Assembly (NCBI GenBank): GCA_947498125.1
Contig: CANMJH010000003.1
Location: 349,808-413,807, forward strand
Source: an uncultured Nioella sp.
Lineage (GTDB): Bacteria > Pseudomonadota > Alphaproteobacteria > Rhodobacterales > Rhodobacteraceae
Direction of reading: 5' to 3'
DNA: 64,000 nucleotides
The position numbers and the translations under genes are program-made. Below the pieces are notes generated by a model. The model searched no databases and had not been told where the DNA came from. It worked only from the letters and a program-made list of their open reading frames with translations. This document shows positions 11,220-21,860 of the stretch, one piece after another (within the stretch, counting starts at the first letter, position 1; each line of letters starts with the position of its first letter).

Positions 11220-11789
11220 ATGCAGTCAATATTTCCAAAAATGAAACATGGTCTTTGCGCCGCTTTGGCCCTTGGGCTTGCTGTCGCATTCAACCCTGCG
11301 CCAGTGCTTGCACAGGCCGGTGGGGTGACTGGATCGATCGAACCAGCAATCTGGATTGATCCCGATGGGTGTATGCACTGGGTCGCAGATGGTGGGGTCG
11401 AAGGGTATATGACAACCCGCATCAACCCTGAAAACGGCATGCCCGTTTGTATGCAGGGAAACACTTGCGCAGTCGCCAATACGGATACGCTGTTCCACAC
11501 AGATAGTCATCGCCTGATGCCGGGTGCCCACGCACATCTGCAGCAATTCTTCCAGTCGGAAGGGGCCTTTGCCTACGCGATTTATGGACACACTGATAGC
11601 CGCGCGTCGGACGAGTACAACATGCGCTTGTCGCAGCGTCGGGCTGCCACAGTTGCTGGTGTCGCCCGTGCCTCTGGTGCCCGTGTTGCCCGTGAAATCG
11701 GATATGGCGAACGTCGTCCGGTTGCGCCCAATACCAGCGCAGCCAATATGCAGCAAAATCGCCGCGTCGAAATCGTGTGCTACAGGTGA
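11220..11789 (+). CDS. OmpA-family protein with N-terminal Cys-containing domain
   Basis: signal peptide; C-terminal OmpA-like peptidoglycan-binding motif (HTDSRASDEYNMRLSQRRAATVA); N-domain motif AIWIDPDGCMHW. Confidence 0.75.
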   Translation: MQSIFPKMKHGLCAALALGLAVAFNPAPVLAQAGGVTGSIEPAIWIDPDGCMHWVADGGVEGYMTTRINPENGMPVCMQGNTCAVANTDTLFHTDSHRLMPGAHAHLQQFFQSEGAFAYAIYGHTDSRASDEYNMRLSQRRAATVAGVARASGARVAREIGYGERRPVAPNTSAANMQQNRRVEIVCYR

Positions 11790-11794
11790 TCGCC

Positions 11795-12151
11795 ATGACA
11801 AAATTCAATTCCGCAATGAAACTGTCGGCGCTTCTGGGCTCTGCCTTGATCCTGTCCGCCTGTACTGAAAACTTTGAAGGCGTGCATCGCACGTCTGATC
11901 CAGCACCAGTTCGCGCCATTGGTGAAGATCGGGGCCGTGACGCCGGTAGCCTGACCCAGCTTGAAGCCGCCATTTGGATTGACCCCGATGGATGTCATCA
12001 CTGGATTATCGATGACGGGCTTGAAGGGTATCTTGACCCCCGCCGCGATCCTGTTTCGGGTCTGCCGGTTTGTACGGCCATCGCGCCTCCGGGTTCGATT
12101 GTTGGCGACTCGCAACTTGGGGCCGGTATTCAGGACCGCGTTCCGCGCTAA
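11795..12151 (+). CDS. lipoprotein paralogous to the N-domain of the upstream OmpA-family protein
   Basis: lipobox LSAC; shares AIWIDPDGCHHW..EGY..P..G.PVC with the 11220 gene; starts 6 nt after its stop. Confidence 0.6.
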   Translation: MTKFNSAMKLSALLGSALILSACTENFEGVHRTSDPAPVRAIGEDRGRDAGSLTQLEAAIWIDPDGCHHWIIDDGLEGYLDPRRDPVSGLPVCTAIAPPGSIVGDSQLGAGIQDRVPR

Positions 12152-12170
12152 GACGCACCAATTTGATGTA

Positions 12171-12204
12171 AAAAGGCGGCGCCCTCGCAGTGCCGCCTTT
12201 TTCT
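12171..12204 (+). terminator. Rho-independent terminator
   Basis: ggcggcgccctcgcagtgccgcc followed by tttttc. Confidence 0.7.
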
Positions 12205-12323
12205 TTTATGCTGCAGAATTAACCACGATCTCGCGATTCTTCGCCGGGTCAGACACAAGGTGTTGCGTTGCCCGGCCCATCTTGTCAGAGTGATGGTAAG
12301 CCATTTGCCAGAGGGAGACCCAA

Positions 12324-13331
12324 TTGGCGATAACCACACTACCGCCCGCCGCGGCCGAGACCCCGGCAGAGCTGAATATCGAATTTCCCGACAATAGATT
12401 GTTGGTTGAGCTTTGCGGCGAATATGACCGCAACCTTGCGCAAATCGAGCACCTTTTAGAGGTTCAGATTATCCATCGCGGCAATGCGCTTTCCGTGATG
12501 GGCGAACGGCGCGAAGAGGCCGGAGAAGCCCTGCAAATCCTTTATGATCGTGCTTCGTCTGGCAAAGGCGTGGAAGCGGGCGATATAGATGCCATCGTGC
12601 GGCTGGGAAATTCCAGCGAAGGCACCGGCACGCGCTCGGGCGATCAGATCGAGATGTTCCAAAAGGGTGCGCTCGAAATTCAGACGCGCAAAAAGACCAT
12701 CGAGCCGCGCACAAAGGCACAGCAAGACTACGTCAAAGCGCTGTATACGAATGAACTTGCCTTTGGAATCGGTCCTGCGGGCACTGGCAAAACCTATCTG
12801 GCAGTTGCAGTTGCTGTGAACCAGATGATCAATGGCCATGTCGACAAGATTATCCTAAGCCGCCCCGCCGTCGAAGCGGGGGAAAAGCTGGGCTATTTGC
12901 CAGGGGATATGAAGGACAAAGTCGATCCGTACATGCAGCCGCTTTATGATGCGTTGAACGATTTTCTACCGGGCAAACAGCTGGCCAAGCTGATGGAAGA
13001 AAAGACCATCGAGATTGCGCCTTTGGCCTTCATGCGTGGACGGACCTTGTCGAATGCCTATGTGGTTCTGGACGAAGCGCAAAACGCGACATCGATGCAG
13101 ATGAAAATGTTCCTGACCCGTCTGGGTCGTGGCAGCCGCATGGTGATCACGGGTGATCGCAGTCAAGTCGATCTGCCGCGTGGGCAAGCCAGCGGCTTGG
13201 CCGAGGCTGAGCGCATTCTTGGCGATGTCAAAGGCATATCGTTCAACTACTTCACCTCGAAAGACGTTGTGAGGCATCCTATGGTTGCCAAAGTGATTGA
13301 GGCTTATGAAGTGGATGAAGCGACAGGGTGA
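12324..13331 (+). CDS. phoH: PhoH-family ATPase (YbeZ)
   Basis: Walker A GPAGTGKT; conserved phoH-ybeY-corC-lnt neighbourhood. Confidence 0.9.
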   Translation: MAITTLPPAAAETPAELNIEFPDNRLLVELCGEYDRNLAQIEHLLEVQIIHRGNALSVMGERREEAGEALQILYDRASSGKGVEAGDIDAIVRLGNSSEGTGTRSGDQIEMFQKGALEIQTRKKTIEPRTKAQQDYVKALYTNELAFGIGPAGTGKTYLAVAVAVNQMINGHVDKIILSRPAVEAGEKLGYLPGDMKDKVDPYMQPLYDALNDFLPGKQLAKLMEEKTIEIAPLAFMRGRTLSNAYVVLDEAQNATSMQMKMFLTRLGRGSRMVITGDRSQVDLPRGQASGLAEAERILGDVKGISFNYFTSKDVVRHPMVAKVIEAYEVDEATG

Positions 13332-13355
13332 TACCGCTCTTTTCCTGCGGCTCGG

Positions 13356-13871
13356 TTGGCGATAAAGGCTCGAGCTATGGAATTGGATGTCATCATTGAA
13401 ACCCCCGACTGGGAAGCACATGGGCTTGAAGCTCTGTGCTTGGACGTCTGCGCGATGACTCTGCGATATCTTGATCTGGATCCACAGCGATATGAGTTTT
13501 GCGTCCTTGGCTGCGATGACGCAAAAATCGCGGAGCTCAACGCAGATTTTCGAGGCAAGCCAACGCCGACAAATGTCCTAAGCTGGCCCTCCGACGAGAT
13601 TGATCTGCCGCTAGGCAAAAGCCCCGCATTGCCAGACGCGGATCCAGATGGCCCGCCCTATGAACTTGGCGATATCGCGATTGCATTTGAAACCTGTTGG
13701 CGCGAGGCTGCTGAGCAAGGCAAGCCGTTTGAGCATCATCTGACCCATCTTTTGATCCACGCGACCCTGCATCTGTTGGGTTTTGATCACATAAATGACC
13801 CAGATGCTGCTCATATGGAGGCAATCGAAGCACGCATCCTTGAAAGTCGGGGCATTCCTGACCCATATTAG
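13356..13871 (+). CDS. ybeY: rRNA maturation RNase YbeY
   Basis: zinc-binding motif HLLIHATLHLLGFDH. Confidence 0.9.
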   Translation: MAIKARAMELDVIIETPDWEAHGLEALCLDVCAMTLRYLDLDPQRYEFCVLGCDDAKIAELNADFRGKPTPTNVLSWPSDEIDLPLGKSPALPDADPDGPPYELGDIAIAFETCWREAAEQGKPFEHHLTHLLIHATLHLLGFDHINDPDAAHMEAIEARILESRGIPDPY

Positions 13872-13919
13872 GCGTGCGGGTGCTTTTCGTTTGCCCGCAG
13901 TTATCCTTGGAAAGGAGCC

Positions 13920-14813
13920 ATGAGCGACTCCCCTGACTCTTCTTCTAGCGCAGCGCAACGCGCGCACGAGGTAGAAGACATTCCCGAACCTAGTCCCGGC
14001 TTTTTTGCCCGGTTCTTCGGCTCGGATGAAACCCCCGCTAAATCTGATGGAAATGGCCAAGAGGCCAAGAACCAGCACCCGGCTGAATCTGCAGCCTATG
14101 CTGCCATCAGCATGTATAACTTGCGTCGGCTGCGCGTTGACGACGTGTCTGTGCCACGGGTTGAGATTAAGGCCGTGCCTTCTGATATCAGCTTGGCGGA
14201 CCTTATCGAAGTGTTCCGCAGTTCCGGTTATAGCCGTTTGCCCGTCTTTGAAGGGACGATGGACACGCCGAAAGGCCTTATTCACCTAAAAGACTTGGCG
14301 CTGAATTACGGCTTTAATGGCGCAGTAAATGATTTCAACGTCATGGATACTTTGCGTCCGCTGATCTTTGCGCCGCCGTCCATGCCTATCGGGGTGCTTT
14401 TGCAAAAGATGCAGACTGACCGACGGCATATGGCGCTTGTCATTGACGAATATGGTGGCGTCGACGGCCTTGTAACGATCGAGGATCTGATCGAGCAAAT
14501 CATCGGTGAGATCGAAGATGAACATGACGTTGCCGAAGATAAGCTTTGGGTCGAAGAGGCGCCGGGCTGTTGGATGGTGTATTCGCGTGCGCCACTGGAT
14601 GAGTTTGAAGCTGTCATTGGTGAAGATCTGACCAATGGGCTTGAGGATGATGAGGTCGACACGATCGGCGGCGTGATCTTTCTTTTGGCGGGCCGTGTGC
14701 CCGCGCGGGGCGAGATTGTTCCGCATCCAAATGGCACCGAGTTCGAAGTTGTCGATGCTGACCCGCGCCGTGTTAAACGCGTCCGTGTGCGCAAACAGGG
14801 CGGCGGGGCCTAA
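13920..14813 (+). CDS. corC: CBS-domain CorC/HlyC-family protein (YbeX/TlyC-like)
   Basis: tandem CBS domains plus CorC_HlyC C-terminal region; conserved position after ybeY. Confidence 0.85.
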   Translation: MSDSPDSSSSAAQRAHEVEDIPEPSPGFFARFFGSDETPAKSDGNGQEAKNQHPAESAAYAAISMYNLRRLRVDDVSVPRVEIKAVPSDISLADLIEVFRSSGYSRLPVFEGTMDTPKGLIHLKDLALNYGFNGAVNDFNVMDTLRPLIFAPPSMPIGVLLQKMQTDRRHMALVIDEYGGVDGLVTIEDLIEQIIGEIEDEHDVAEDKLWVEEAPGCWMVYSRAPLDEFEAVIGEDLTNGLEDDEVDTIGGVIFLLAGRVPARGEIVPHPNGTEFEVVDADPRRVKRVRVRKQGGGA

Positions 14814-14816
14814 AAT

Positions 14817-16340
14817 TTGGCCCGGCTCCGCGTGAATTTGGCCATTGCGGGCCGGGCATTTATCACAAACTCATGGGCGATCCTTCCGGGCGCTCTGGCT
14901 GCTGCTGGCCAAGCCCCCCTGCACCTTTGGTGGGGGGCACTTTTCGGGTGGGCATTGGCGATTGCCTCTATGATGCGGGCTAAGAATCTGCGTCATGCGG
15001 CCCTGATCGGTTGGATGATCGGGCTTGGCTATATCGGGGCCACACATTTTTGGATCGTTGAACCGTTTTTTGTGGATGCCGCAAGACATGGCTGGATGGC
15101 GCCATTTGCGCTAGCCGCAATGGTCGCGGGGCTGTCGCTTTTCTTCTTGGCAGGCTTTGCAGGTGCCTATTGGCTTGGCTGGTCGCGCCCGTCGCGCATT
15201 TTGGCGCTGCCCCTCTGCCTAAGCCTCGCTGACCTTTTGCGAGGCTGGCTTTTTACCGGCTTTCCATGGGCGCAGTTTGGATCGCTCTGGATCGAAGCGC
15301 CGCAGATTCAGTTGATTTCCTTGATTGGCGTTCCGGGGCTTGGATTTGTCACCTTTTTGGCGCTCGCCGCGCCGCTGGCTGCATCCGGGTCTTGGCGTTT
15401 GGGGGCGGGGGCCGCCGCCGTCCTTGCATTTGTTGGGGCTGGCCTTTGGGGCGGGGCCATGTTGGATGACGAAGCGGCCTTCACGCAAACCCGTATCCGG
15501 GTTGTCCAACCTAACGCACCGCAAGACGAAAAGTGGCGGGCCGAAATGATCCCGGTGTTTTTTGAACGTTTGATCGACCTAACTGCGGCAGAGCCAACCA
15601 ACCCAGAGGCGCCGCCGGATTTGATCATCTGGCCGGAAACGGCGCTTGCGACGCGGATTGATATTGCAGATCAGGTACTCGACATCATGTCTGCAGCAGC
15701 AGGAGAGGCCGAGTTGATTTTCGGCGGGCAGAGATTAGAAGATCGCTCGTTCTTCAATTCCCTTGCTGTGATGAACAGCGCAGGGGCGATTACGCAAATC
15801 TACGACAAGCATCACCTCGTTCCCTTTGGAGAGTATGTGCCGTTTGTTGGTTTGTTGGGCCGTCTTGGCATTGGCAGCTTTTCCGACCAGATCGGCGGCT
15901 ATACCGCAGGACCCGGACCGCGCATTTTAGATCTTGGTACTGCCGGGCGTATCCTGCCGTTAATCTGCTACGAGGCTATTTTTGCACGCGATGTTCTAGC
16001 GATGCCAGAGCGACCCGATTGGATTTTGCATATCACCAACGATGCTTGGTTTGGCGCGACCGTAATGCCTGCCCAACATCTGGATCAATCGCGGTTGCGG
16101 GCCATTGAGCAGGGTTTGCCAGCGGTGCGCGCGGCTAATACCGGGATCTCTGCCGTGATTGATCCAAATGGCCGCATCCTGACGCAGCTCAGCCTGAATG
16201 AGACTGGTTTTTTTGACGCAAACTTGCCGGCTCGTCACGCTCCAACCCTTTATTCGCGTACGGGAAATTGGCCGATCATCTTGGTTTTGCTGGTTTTGAC
16301 CCTTGGCATGACGGGCCTGAGACGACAAAATCGGCATTGA
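14817..16340 (+). CDS. lnt: apolipoprotein N-acyltransferase Lnt
   Basis: N-terminal polytopic membrane domain plus C-terminal nitrilase-like (CN hydrolase) domain; conserved position after corC. Confidence 0.85.
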   Translation: MARLRVNLAIAGRAFITNSWAILPGALAAAGQAPLHLWWGALFGWALAIASMMRAKNLRHAALIGWMIGLGYIGATHFWIVEPFFVDAARHGWMAPFALAAMVAGLSLFFLAGFAGAYWLGWSRPSRILALPLCLSLADLLRGWLFTGFPWAQFGSLWIEAPQIQLISLIGVPGLGFVTFLALAAPLAASGSWRLGAGAAAVLAFVGAGLWGGAMLDDEAAFTQTRIRVVQPNAPQDEKWRAEMIPVFFERLIDLTAAEPTNPEAPPDLIIWPETALATRIDIADQVLDIMSAAAGEAELIFGGQRLEDRSFFNSLAVMNSAGAITQIYDKHHLVPFGEYVPFVGLLGRLGIGSFSDQIGGYTAGPGPRILDLGTAGRILPLICYEAIFARDVLAMPERPDWILHITNDAWFGATVMPAQHLDQSRLRAIEQGLPAVRAANTGISAVIDPNGRILTQLSLNETGFFDANLPARHAPTLYSRTGNWPIILVLLVLTLGMTGLRRQNRH

Positions 16341-16430
16341 TTACAACGAGCAAAGGGCTTAAGCCCGCTCAAGCACTGTCCCACAACGGCTTCCTGACGT
16401 GGCGACGATAAAGGCACTGGAGCACTTTTC

Positions 16431-17612
16431 ATGACACGCGATACATATACTTTTACCTCTGAATCTGTTTCTGAGGGACATCCGGATAAAGTCTGCGACC
16501 GAATTTCAGACGCGATTTTGGATGCATTGTTAACAGAAGAGGCCGAGGCGCGCGTCGCCTGCGAAACCTTTGCAACAACCGACCGCGTTGTGATTGGTGG
16601 CGAAATCGGCCTGAGCGATCAAGCTAAGCTTGGCGAATATATGGGTAAGGTCGATCAAATCGCCCGCGAGTGCATTCGCGATATTGGCTATGAGCAGGAC
16701 AAATTCCATTGGAAGACCTGCGAGATTACCAACTTGCTGCATGAACAATCTGCCCATATTGCTCAAGGTGTCGATGCCTCGGCTGATAAAGATGAGGGCG
16801 CAGGCGATCAGGGCATCATGTTTGGCTATGCCACCAATGAAACGCCCGATCTTATGCCAGCGCCGATCCAATATGCTCATGCTGTGCTACGCCGGTTGGC
16901 CGAAGCACGCAAATCGGGCGAGGCTCCGGTTTTAGGCCCTGACGCGAAATCGCAGCTTTCTGTGCGTTATGTGGATGGGCAGCCTGTTGACGTCTCGTCG
17001 ATTGTTCTTTCAACACAGCACCTTGACCCCGATATGACCTCTGGCGATGTGCGCGACGTGATCGAGCCGTTCATCCGCGAAAGCCTGCCTGACGGGTGGT
17101 TGACGGATCAGACGATCTGGCATGTGAACCCCACCGGAAAGTTTGTCATTGGCGGGCCGGATGGCGATGCTGGCCTGACAGGTCGCAAGATTATTGTCGA
17201 CACTTACGGCGGCGCTGCTCCCCATGGGGGCGGGGCGTTCTCGGGTAAAGATCCGACCAAGGTAGATCGTTCAGCCGCTTATGCTGCGCGCTATTTGGCC
17301 AAGAATATCGTAGCCTCTGGCATGGCCGAGCGCTGCACATTGCAGCTTTCTTATGCGATTGGCGTGGCGCATCCTTTGTCGATCTACGTCAACACACATG
17401 AGACCGGCCAAGTGCCCGAAACCGAGATCGAGAAGGCCGTCGGTAAATGTATGGACCTGACGCCGCGCGGCATTCGCACCCATCTGGGCCTGAACAAACC
17501 CATCTATCAACGAACGGCAGCTTACGGCCATTTTGGGCGCAAACCCACCGATGATGGCGGTTTCAGCTGGGAACGGACGGACCTGATCGAGGCGCTCAAA
17601 GCCGCGGTTTAG
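16431..17612 (+). CDS. metK: S-adenosylmethionine synthetase
   Basis: MetK signature motifs ([14 protein letters not shown]). Confidence 0.95.
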   Translation: MTRDTYTFTSESVSEGHPDKVCDRISDAILDALLTEEAEARVACETFATTDRVVIGGEIGLSDQAKLGEYMGKVDQIARECIRDIGYEQDKFHWKTCEITNLLHEQSAHIAQGVDASADKDEGAGDQGIMFGYATNETPDLMPAPIQYAHAVLRRLAEARKSGEAPVLGPDAKSQLSVRYVDGQPVDVSSIVLSTQHLDPDMTSGDVRDVIEPFIRESLPDGWLTDQTIWHVNPTGKFVIGGPDGDAGLTGRKIIVDTYGGAAPHGGGAFSGKDPTKVDRSAAYAARYLAKNIVASGMAERCTLQLSYAIGVAHPLSIYVNTHETGQVPETEIEKAVGKCMDLTPRGIRTHLGLNKPIYQRTAAYGHFGRKPTDDGGFSWERTDLIEALKAAV

Positions 17613-17640
17613 ATTTTCAGAATTTTTGTGTTATTGAGCA

Positions 17641-17676
17641 ACGGCGCCATGATTTTCAGGCGCCGTTCTTGTTTTA
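17641..17676 (+). terminator. Rho-independent terminator after metK
   Basis: aacggcgccatgattttcaggcgccgtt followed by cttgtttt. Confidence 0.65.
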
Positions 17677-17701
17677 TCAAATGAATTCAGAGGATTTTAA
17701 A

Positions 17702-18169
17702 ATGTCCGATCGACCAAATTACACAATGCAATTTACGCGCAACTACGCCACCGTCGCCGTCGTTGCGGCGGTGATTGCTTATGTGTTGCTTCAAGTTTTG
17801 GGGCTGAGCATGGAAAACGTCATTTTGCGCGGCGCTTTGATTGGGGGCGGGGTTGGGGCTGTTATGGTGCCGATCCAGAACACCTGCCGCAGCTTTCTGG
17901 GTCAAGAAGGCCGGGTTATGACAGGCCGCGAGGGGTGGAAATATGCAGCGATCTGGGCCGGTATCGCGCTTGTTATTCATATCGTTATTTCTGCAATTCT
18001 CTTTGCAATCGGCTGGCAGATGCCCGGTATTTTGCCGCAAGAGCAGGGAACGCTTGTCGGCTTCATTTTGGCGCTGGTTCTGATTTTGCAGATCCCAATC
18101 TTCCGCCTGTTTCAATGGGCCGGGTTCAAGGGCGTCCTCAAACAACAGGAACGGGCGGGCAACAGTTGA
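17702..18169 (+). CDS. small integral membrane protein, hypothetical
   Basis: predicted TM helices; ATG 17702 preceded by AGAGGA. Confidence 0.5.
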   Translation: MSDRPNYTMQFTRNYATVAVVAAVIAYVLLQVLGLSMENVILRGALIGGGVGAVMVPIQNTCRSFLGQEGRVMTGREGWKYAAIWAGIALVIHIVISAILFAIGWQMPGILPQEQGTLVGFILALVLILQIPIFRLFQWAGFKGVLKQQERAGNS

Positions 18170-18231
18170 GCTTTTGCCCGGGGGGCGGTATGGCAAGCGC
18201 CTGACACGATCTTGCGTTAAGGCCGCCCCTG

Positions 18232-18945
18232 ATGAGCCAGTTTGAAAAACATCCAAAAGCCCCGTGGCGCAACTTCTATGGCCGCCGCAAGGGCAAGCAT
18301 CTGCGCGACAGTCAGCAGACCTATCTAGAAGAAGATCTGGCCCAGCTATCGCCCGGCGCGGTCAGTTGGGAAGAGAATCCAGATCGTAACCCCCTTGATC
18401 TGAAAGAGGTTTTTGGGGATCGTGACGTCTGGCTTGAAGTGGGATTTGGCGGCGGCGAGCATATGGTGCATCAGGCCGTCCAGAACCCTGATGTCGGGAT
18501 TATCGGATGCGAGCCGTATATCAATGGCGTTGCGATGCTGCTTGGTAAAATCCGCGAAGCCGGCGCCGAGAACTTGCGGGTTCATCCCGGTGATGCGCGC
18601 GATATGTTTGATGTTTTACCCAAGGCCAGCATCTCGCGCGCCTTTTTGCTCTATCCCGATCCGTGGCCCAAAAAGAAACATCATCGCAGGCGTTTTGTGA
18701 CCCAAGACCATCTTGAGCCGCTGGCAGATGTCCTGAAACCCGGCGCGATTTTCCGTATTGCGACGGATATCCCAGACTATGTGCGTCAGGCGTTGCAAGA
18801 AGTGCCCAAAGCGGGGTTCGAATGGCTGGCCGAAGGGCCGACAGATTGGCGCGTGGCGTGGCCTGATTGGATCTCGACCCGGTATGAGCAAAAGGCCCTG
18901 CGCGAAGACCGCGTGCCGCATTATCTGACCTTTCGAAAGCGCTGA
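18232..18945 (+). CDS. trmB: tRNA (guanine46-N7)-methyltransferase TrmB
   Basis: SAM-MTase fold; motif LLYPDPWPKKKHHRRR typical of TrmB; conserved metK-trmB linkage. Confidence 0.85.
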   Translation: MSQFEKHPKAPWRNFYGRRKGKHLRDSQQTYLEEDLAQLSPGAVSWEENPDRNPLDLKEVFGDRDVWLEVGFGGGEHMVHQAVQNPDVGIIGCEPYINGVAMLLGKIREAGAENLRVHPGDARDMFDVLPKASISRAFLLYPDPWPKKKHHRRRFVTQDHLEPLADVLKPGAIFRIATDIPDYVRQALQEVPKAGFEWLAEGPTDWRVAWPDWISTRYEQKALREDRVPHYLTFRKR

Positions 18946-19169
18946 AATCGGGGGACATATTCCCGTACACCCCCTGTACACCCCCTGTGCAGACAAATCG
19001 CGTCGCCGCGAATTGCAGAAATGCGCCCGGCCCGTTAGCCTAAGTGCGGCGACCCGGCGCGCCGCCAATCTGCGGAAAGGGCAGAAGCCCAGCCAGAGAT
19101 CGACTGCCAGTCAGGTGAACTGACCTTTGCCCATGATGCAGATGACGGGTGTCTTGAAGGGACTGTTCA

Positions 19170-20276
19170 ATGCCGACCAAAAACCTGCCTCCTGTGGCTG
19201 ACCTCACCCATCTAAAACATCAGGCCAAGGATTTGCGCAAAAGCCTTGCCGCGGCGTCGCTGGCCGCGTTTCAGCGTACCCGAGAATTTCATCCGCGCTT
19301 TGCAGAGATGAGCGATGCCGAGATCGCGGGAGAGGTTTTTTCGCTAAGCGACGCTCAATTGGTGATTGCCCGCGAATATGGCTATGCCAGTTGGCCCCGG
19401 CTGCGGGCCGTGCTTGCGGGGGCAGGCAATGACGCTGCGGGTTTGATTCATAATGACCGAATAGACGATCCGCTGTTTTCGCGCGCCGTGGATTTTCTGG
19501 ATGCCGGACAGGCCTCGCTGCTAAAGGCGCTGCTGGCGCAGCATCCGGGGTTGGTGACTCAAAAGATGTTCTTTGAAGGGGACAATTATTTCACGGATCC
19601 GGTCTTGCTGGAGTTCATCGCGGAAAACCCGGTGCGTCAGGGCCGGATGCCGGAGAATATCGTAGAGGTGGCGCGTGTCATTCTTGAGGCGGGCGGCGCG
19701 CAAAACGCCGACGCCCTGGAGCGCACGCTGGGGCTTGTCGCCTCGGGCCGGGTGGCGCGTGAGATGGGCCAGCAAGAGGATCTGATCGACCTGCTTGTTT
19801 CTTACGGCGCTGATCCGGGCGGCGCGCTGGTTTCTGCCCTTGGCCACGGAGAGTTTGGCGCGGTGCGAAAATTGCTCGATTGCGGCGCGCCGATGACGGT
19901 TGTGGCGGCGGCTGGTTTGGGTGACCGGGAGGCGCTGGCAGGTATGCTGCCCGCGCCAGAGCCCGAGGATGTACAATTGGCGCTGGCCGTGGCGGCGCTG
20001 CACGGGCGGGCGGGCTGCATCGCCGAGCTTATTGCCGCTGGTGCAGATCCCAATCGTTATAACCCGCCGGGCGGGCATTCACACACCACGGCGCTGCATT
20101 CGGCGGCCTTGGCGGGGCATGTCTCGGCGGTGCGGGCGCTGGTCGCGGGTGGCGCGCGCGCCGATATTCCCGATATCCACCATCAATCAACCTCGGCCGG
20201 ATGGGCGCGATTTGCCGGGCATGTGGAAATCGCGGAATTTCTGGAAGGCCAGAGCGGCAACTTGCCGGGCGAATAG
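19170..20276 (+). CDS. ankyrin-repeat protein
   Basis: several ankyrin-like repeats (TALHSAALAGHVSAVRALVAGGARAD; ALAVAALHGRAGCIAELIAAGADPN). Confidence 0.7.
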   Translation: MPTKNLPPVADLTHLKHQAKDLRKSLAAASLAAFQRTREFHPRFAEMSDAEIAGEVFSLSDAQLVIAREYGYASWPRLRAVLAGAGNDAAGLIHNDRIDDPLFSRAVDFLDAGQASLLKALLAQHPGLVTQKMFFEGDNYFTDPVLLEFIAENPVRQGRMPENIVEVARVILEAGGAQNADALERTLGLVASGRVAREMGQQEDLIDLLVSYGADPGGALVSALGHGEFGAVRKLLDCGAPMTVVAAAGLGDREALAGMLPAPEPEDVQLALAVAALHGRAGCIAELIAAGADPNRYNPPGGHSHTTALHSAALAGHVSAVRALVAGGARADIPDIHHQSTSAGWARFAGHVEIAEFLEGQSGNLPGE

Positions 20277-20345
20277 GTGGTGGACGCTCCCGCGGGGGGC
20301 TTGTATCAGGCTGTCGGCGAAACGCGAAAAAAAGGATGCCCTCAC

Positions 20346-21698
20346 ATGTCAGGCCACGGCGACCCTATTCCCATGACCTCGCGCCCCTCGGGGCCGCTGA
20401 AGGGTGAGGCCAATGTGCCGGGCGACAAATCTATTTCGCATCGCTCGCTGATCCTTGGCGCGATGGCGGTCGGCGAAACCCGGATCACCGGGCTTTTGGA
20501 AGGTCAGGATGTTTTGGACACGGCCAAGGCTATGGCGGCGTTTGGCGCGGATGTTGAACGTCTGGGCGAGGGCGAATGGCGCGTTCATGGCGTCGGTGTT
20601 GGCGGGTTTGCCGAGCCGGATCAGGTGATCGATTGCGGAAATTCTGGCACTGGCGTGCGCTTGATCATGGGGGCGGCGGCGACCTCACCCATCGCTGTGA
20701 CATATACGGGCGACGCGTCGCTTAACAAACGTCCCATGGCGCGGGTCACGGACCCGTTGGCGCTCTTTGGAACGCAAACCGTTGGCCGCTCGGGCGGGCG
20801 TTTGCCCATGACATTGGTCGGCGCTGATGAGCCTGTTCCAGTGCGCTATGTCGTTCCTGTGCCGTCGGCGCAGGTGAAATCTGCGGTATTGCTGGCGGCG
20901 CTGAATGTGCCCGGTGAGACTGTGGTGATCGAACAGGAAGCCACCCGCGATCATACCGAGCGGATGCTGGCGGGCTTTGGCGCTGAGATCAGCACTGAGG
21001 TGACGGATGAAGGGCGGGTGATCACCCTGAAGGGCCAGCCTGAGCTTAAGCCGCAAGATATTATCGTGCCGCGCGACCCCAGCTCGGCGGCATTTCCGGT
21101 TTGTGCGGCGCTGATCGTGCCGGGCTCGGATGTTCTGGTGCCCAATATCGGCCTTAACCCAACACGTGCAGGGCTCTATTTCACCTTGCAGGATATGGGC
21201 GCGGATCTGACGTTTGAAAATATGCGCGAAGAAGGTGGGGAACCTGTGGCCGACCTGCGCGCGCGCTATAGCCCCGATATGAAGGGGATCGAAGTACCGC
21301 CCGAGCGCGCGGCCTCGATGATTGATGAATATCCGATCCTGTCTTGCGTCGCGGCCAATGCGACCGGTCAGACCGTGATGCGCGGTGTTAAGGAACTACG
21401 CGTGAAAGAAAGCGACCGGATCGACGCGATGGCCACGGGCCTGCGCGCAAATGGCGTTGAGGTGGAAGATGGCCCCGATTGGTGGATTGTGACCGGCAAA
21501 GGTCCGGGTACTGTCCCGGGCGGCGGTCTTTGCGAAAGCCATCTGGATCACCGGATTGCGATGTCGTTCCTGTGCCTTGGCATGGCCGCCCAGAAACCTG
21601 TGAAGGTTGATGATGCCGGGCCGATTGCGACGTCCTTCCCGATATTCGAGCCGCTGATGGCCCGCCTTGGCGCACAGATCGTTCGCGATAATCACTAA
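20346..21698 (+). CDS. aroA: 3-phosphoshikimate 1-carboxyvinyltransferase (EPSP synthase)
   Basis: EPSPS motifs (GNSGTGVRL, [16 protein letters not shown]); ATG 20346 after an AAGGA RBS. Confidence 0.9.
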   Translation: MSGHGDPIPMTSRPSGPLKGEANVPGDKSISHRSLILGAMAVGETRITGLLEGQDVLDTAKAMAAFGADVERLGEGEWRVHGVGVGGFAEPDQVIDCGNSGTGVRLIMGAAATSPIAVTYTGDASLNKRPMARVTDPLALFGTQTVGRSGGRLPMTLVGADEPVPVRYVVPVPSAQVKSAVLLAALNVPGETVVIEQEATRDHTERMLAGFGAEISTEVTDEGRVITLKGQPELKPQDIIVPRDPSSAAFPVCAALIVPGSDVLVPNIGLNPTRAGLYFTLQDMGADLTFENMREEGGEPVADLRARYSPDMKGIEVPPERAASMIDEYPILSCVAANATGQTVMRGVKELRVKESDRIDAMATGLRANGVEVEDGPDWWIVTGKGPGTVPGGGLCESHLDHRIAMSFLCLGMAAQKPVKVDDAGPIATSFPIFEPLMARLGAQIVRDNH

Positions 21699-21860
21699 GC
21701 TGATAAAACTGAGCTGGTTTGATATCTGAGCGTTGTCGGCTCGCTTGCTTTCTTGCTGTAGCGTTCAATTGCGTGACGTGTCGCTTTCGGGCGTGACAGG
21801 GTGAACGGGGCTTCTATGCTGGCCCGGCGACCAGTTCGGTTTCGTTTCAAAGGATATCTC

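Noticed and set aside
18961-18997. Tandem 11-nt repeat gtacaccccct x2 after trmB
   Set aside because: Only two copies with no spacer structure. It is not a CRISPR array or a meaningful microsatellite.
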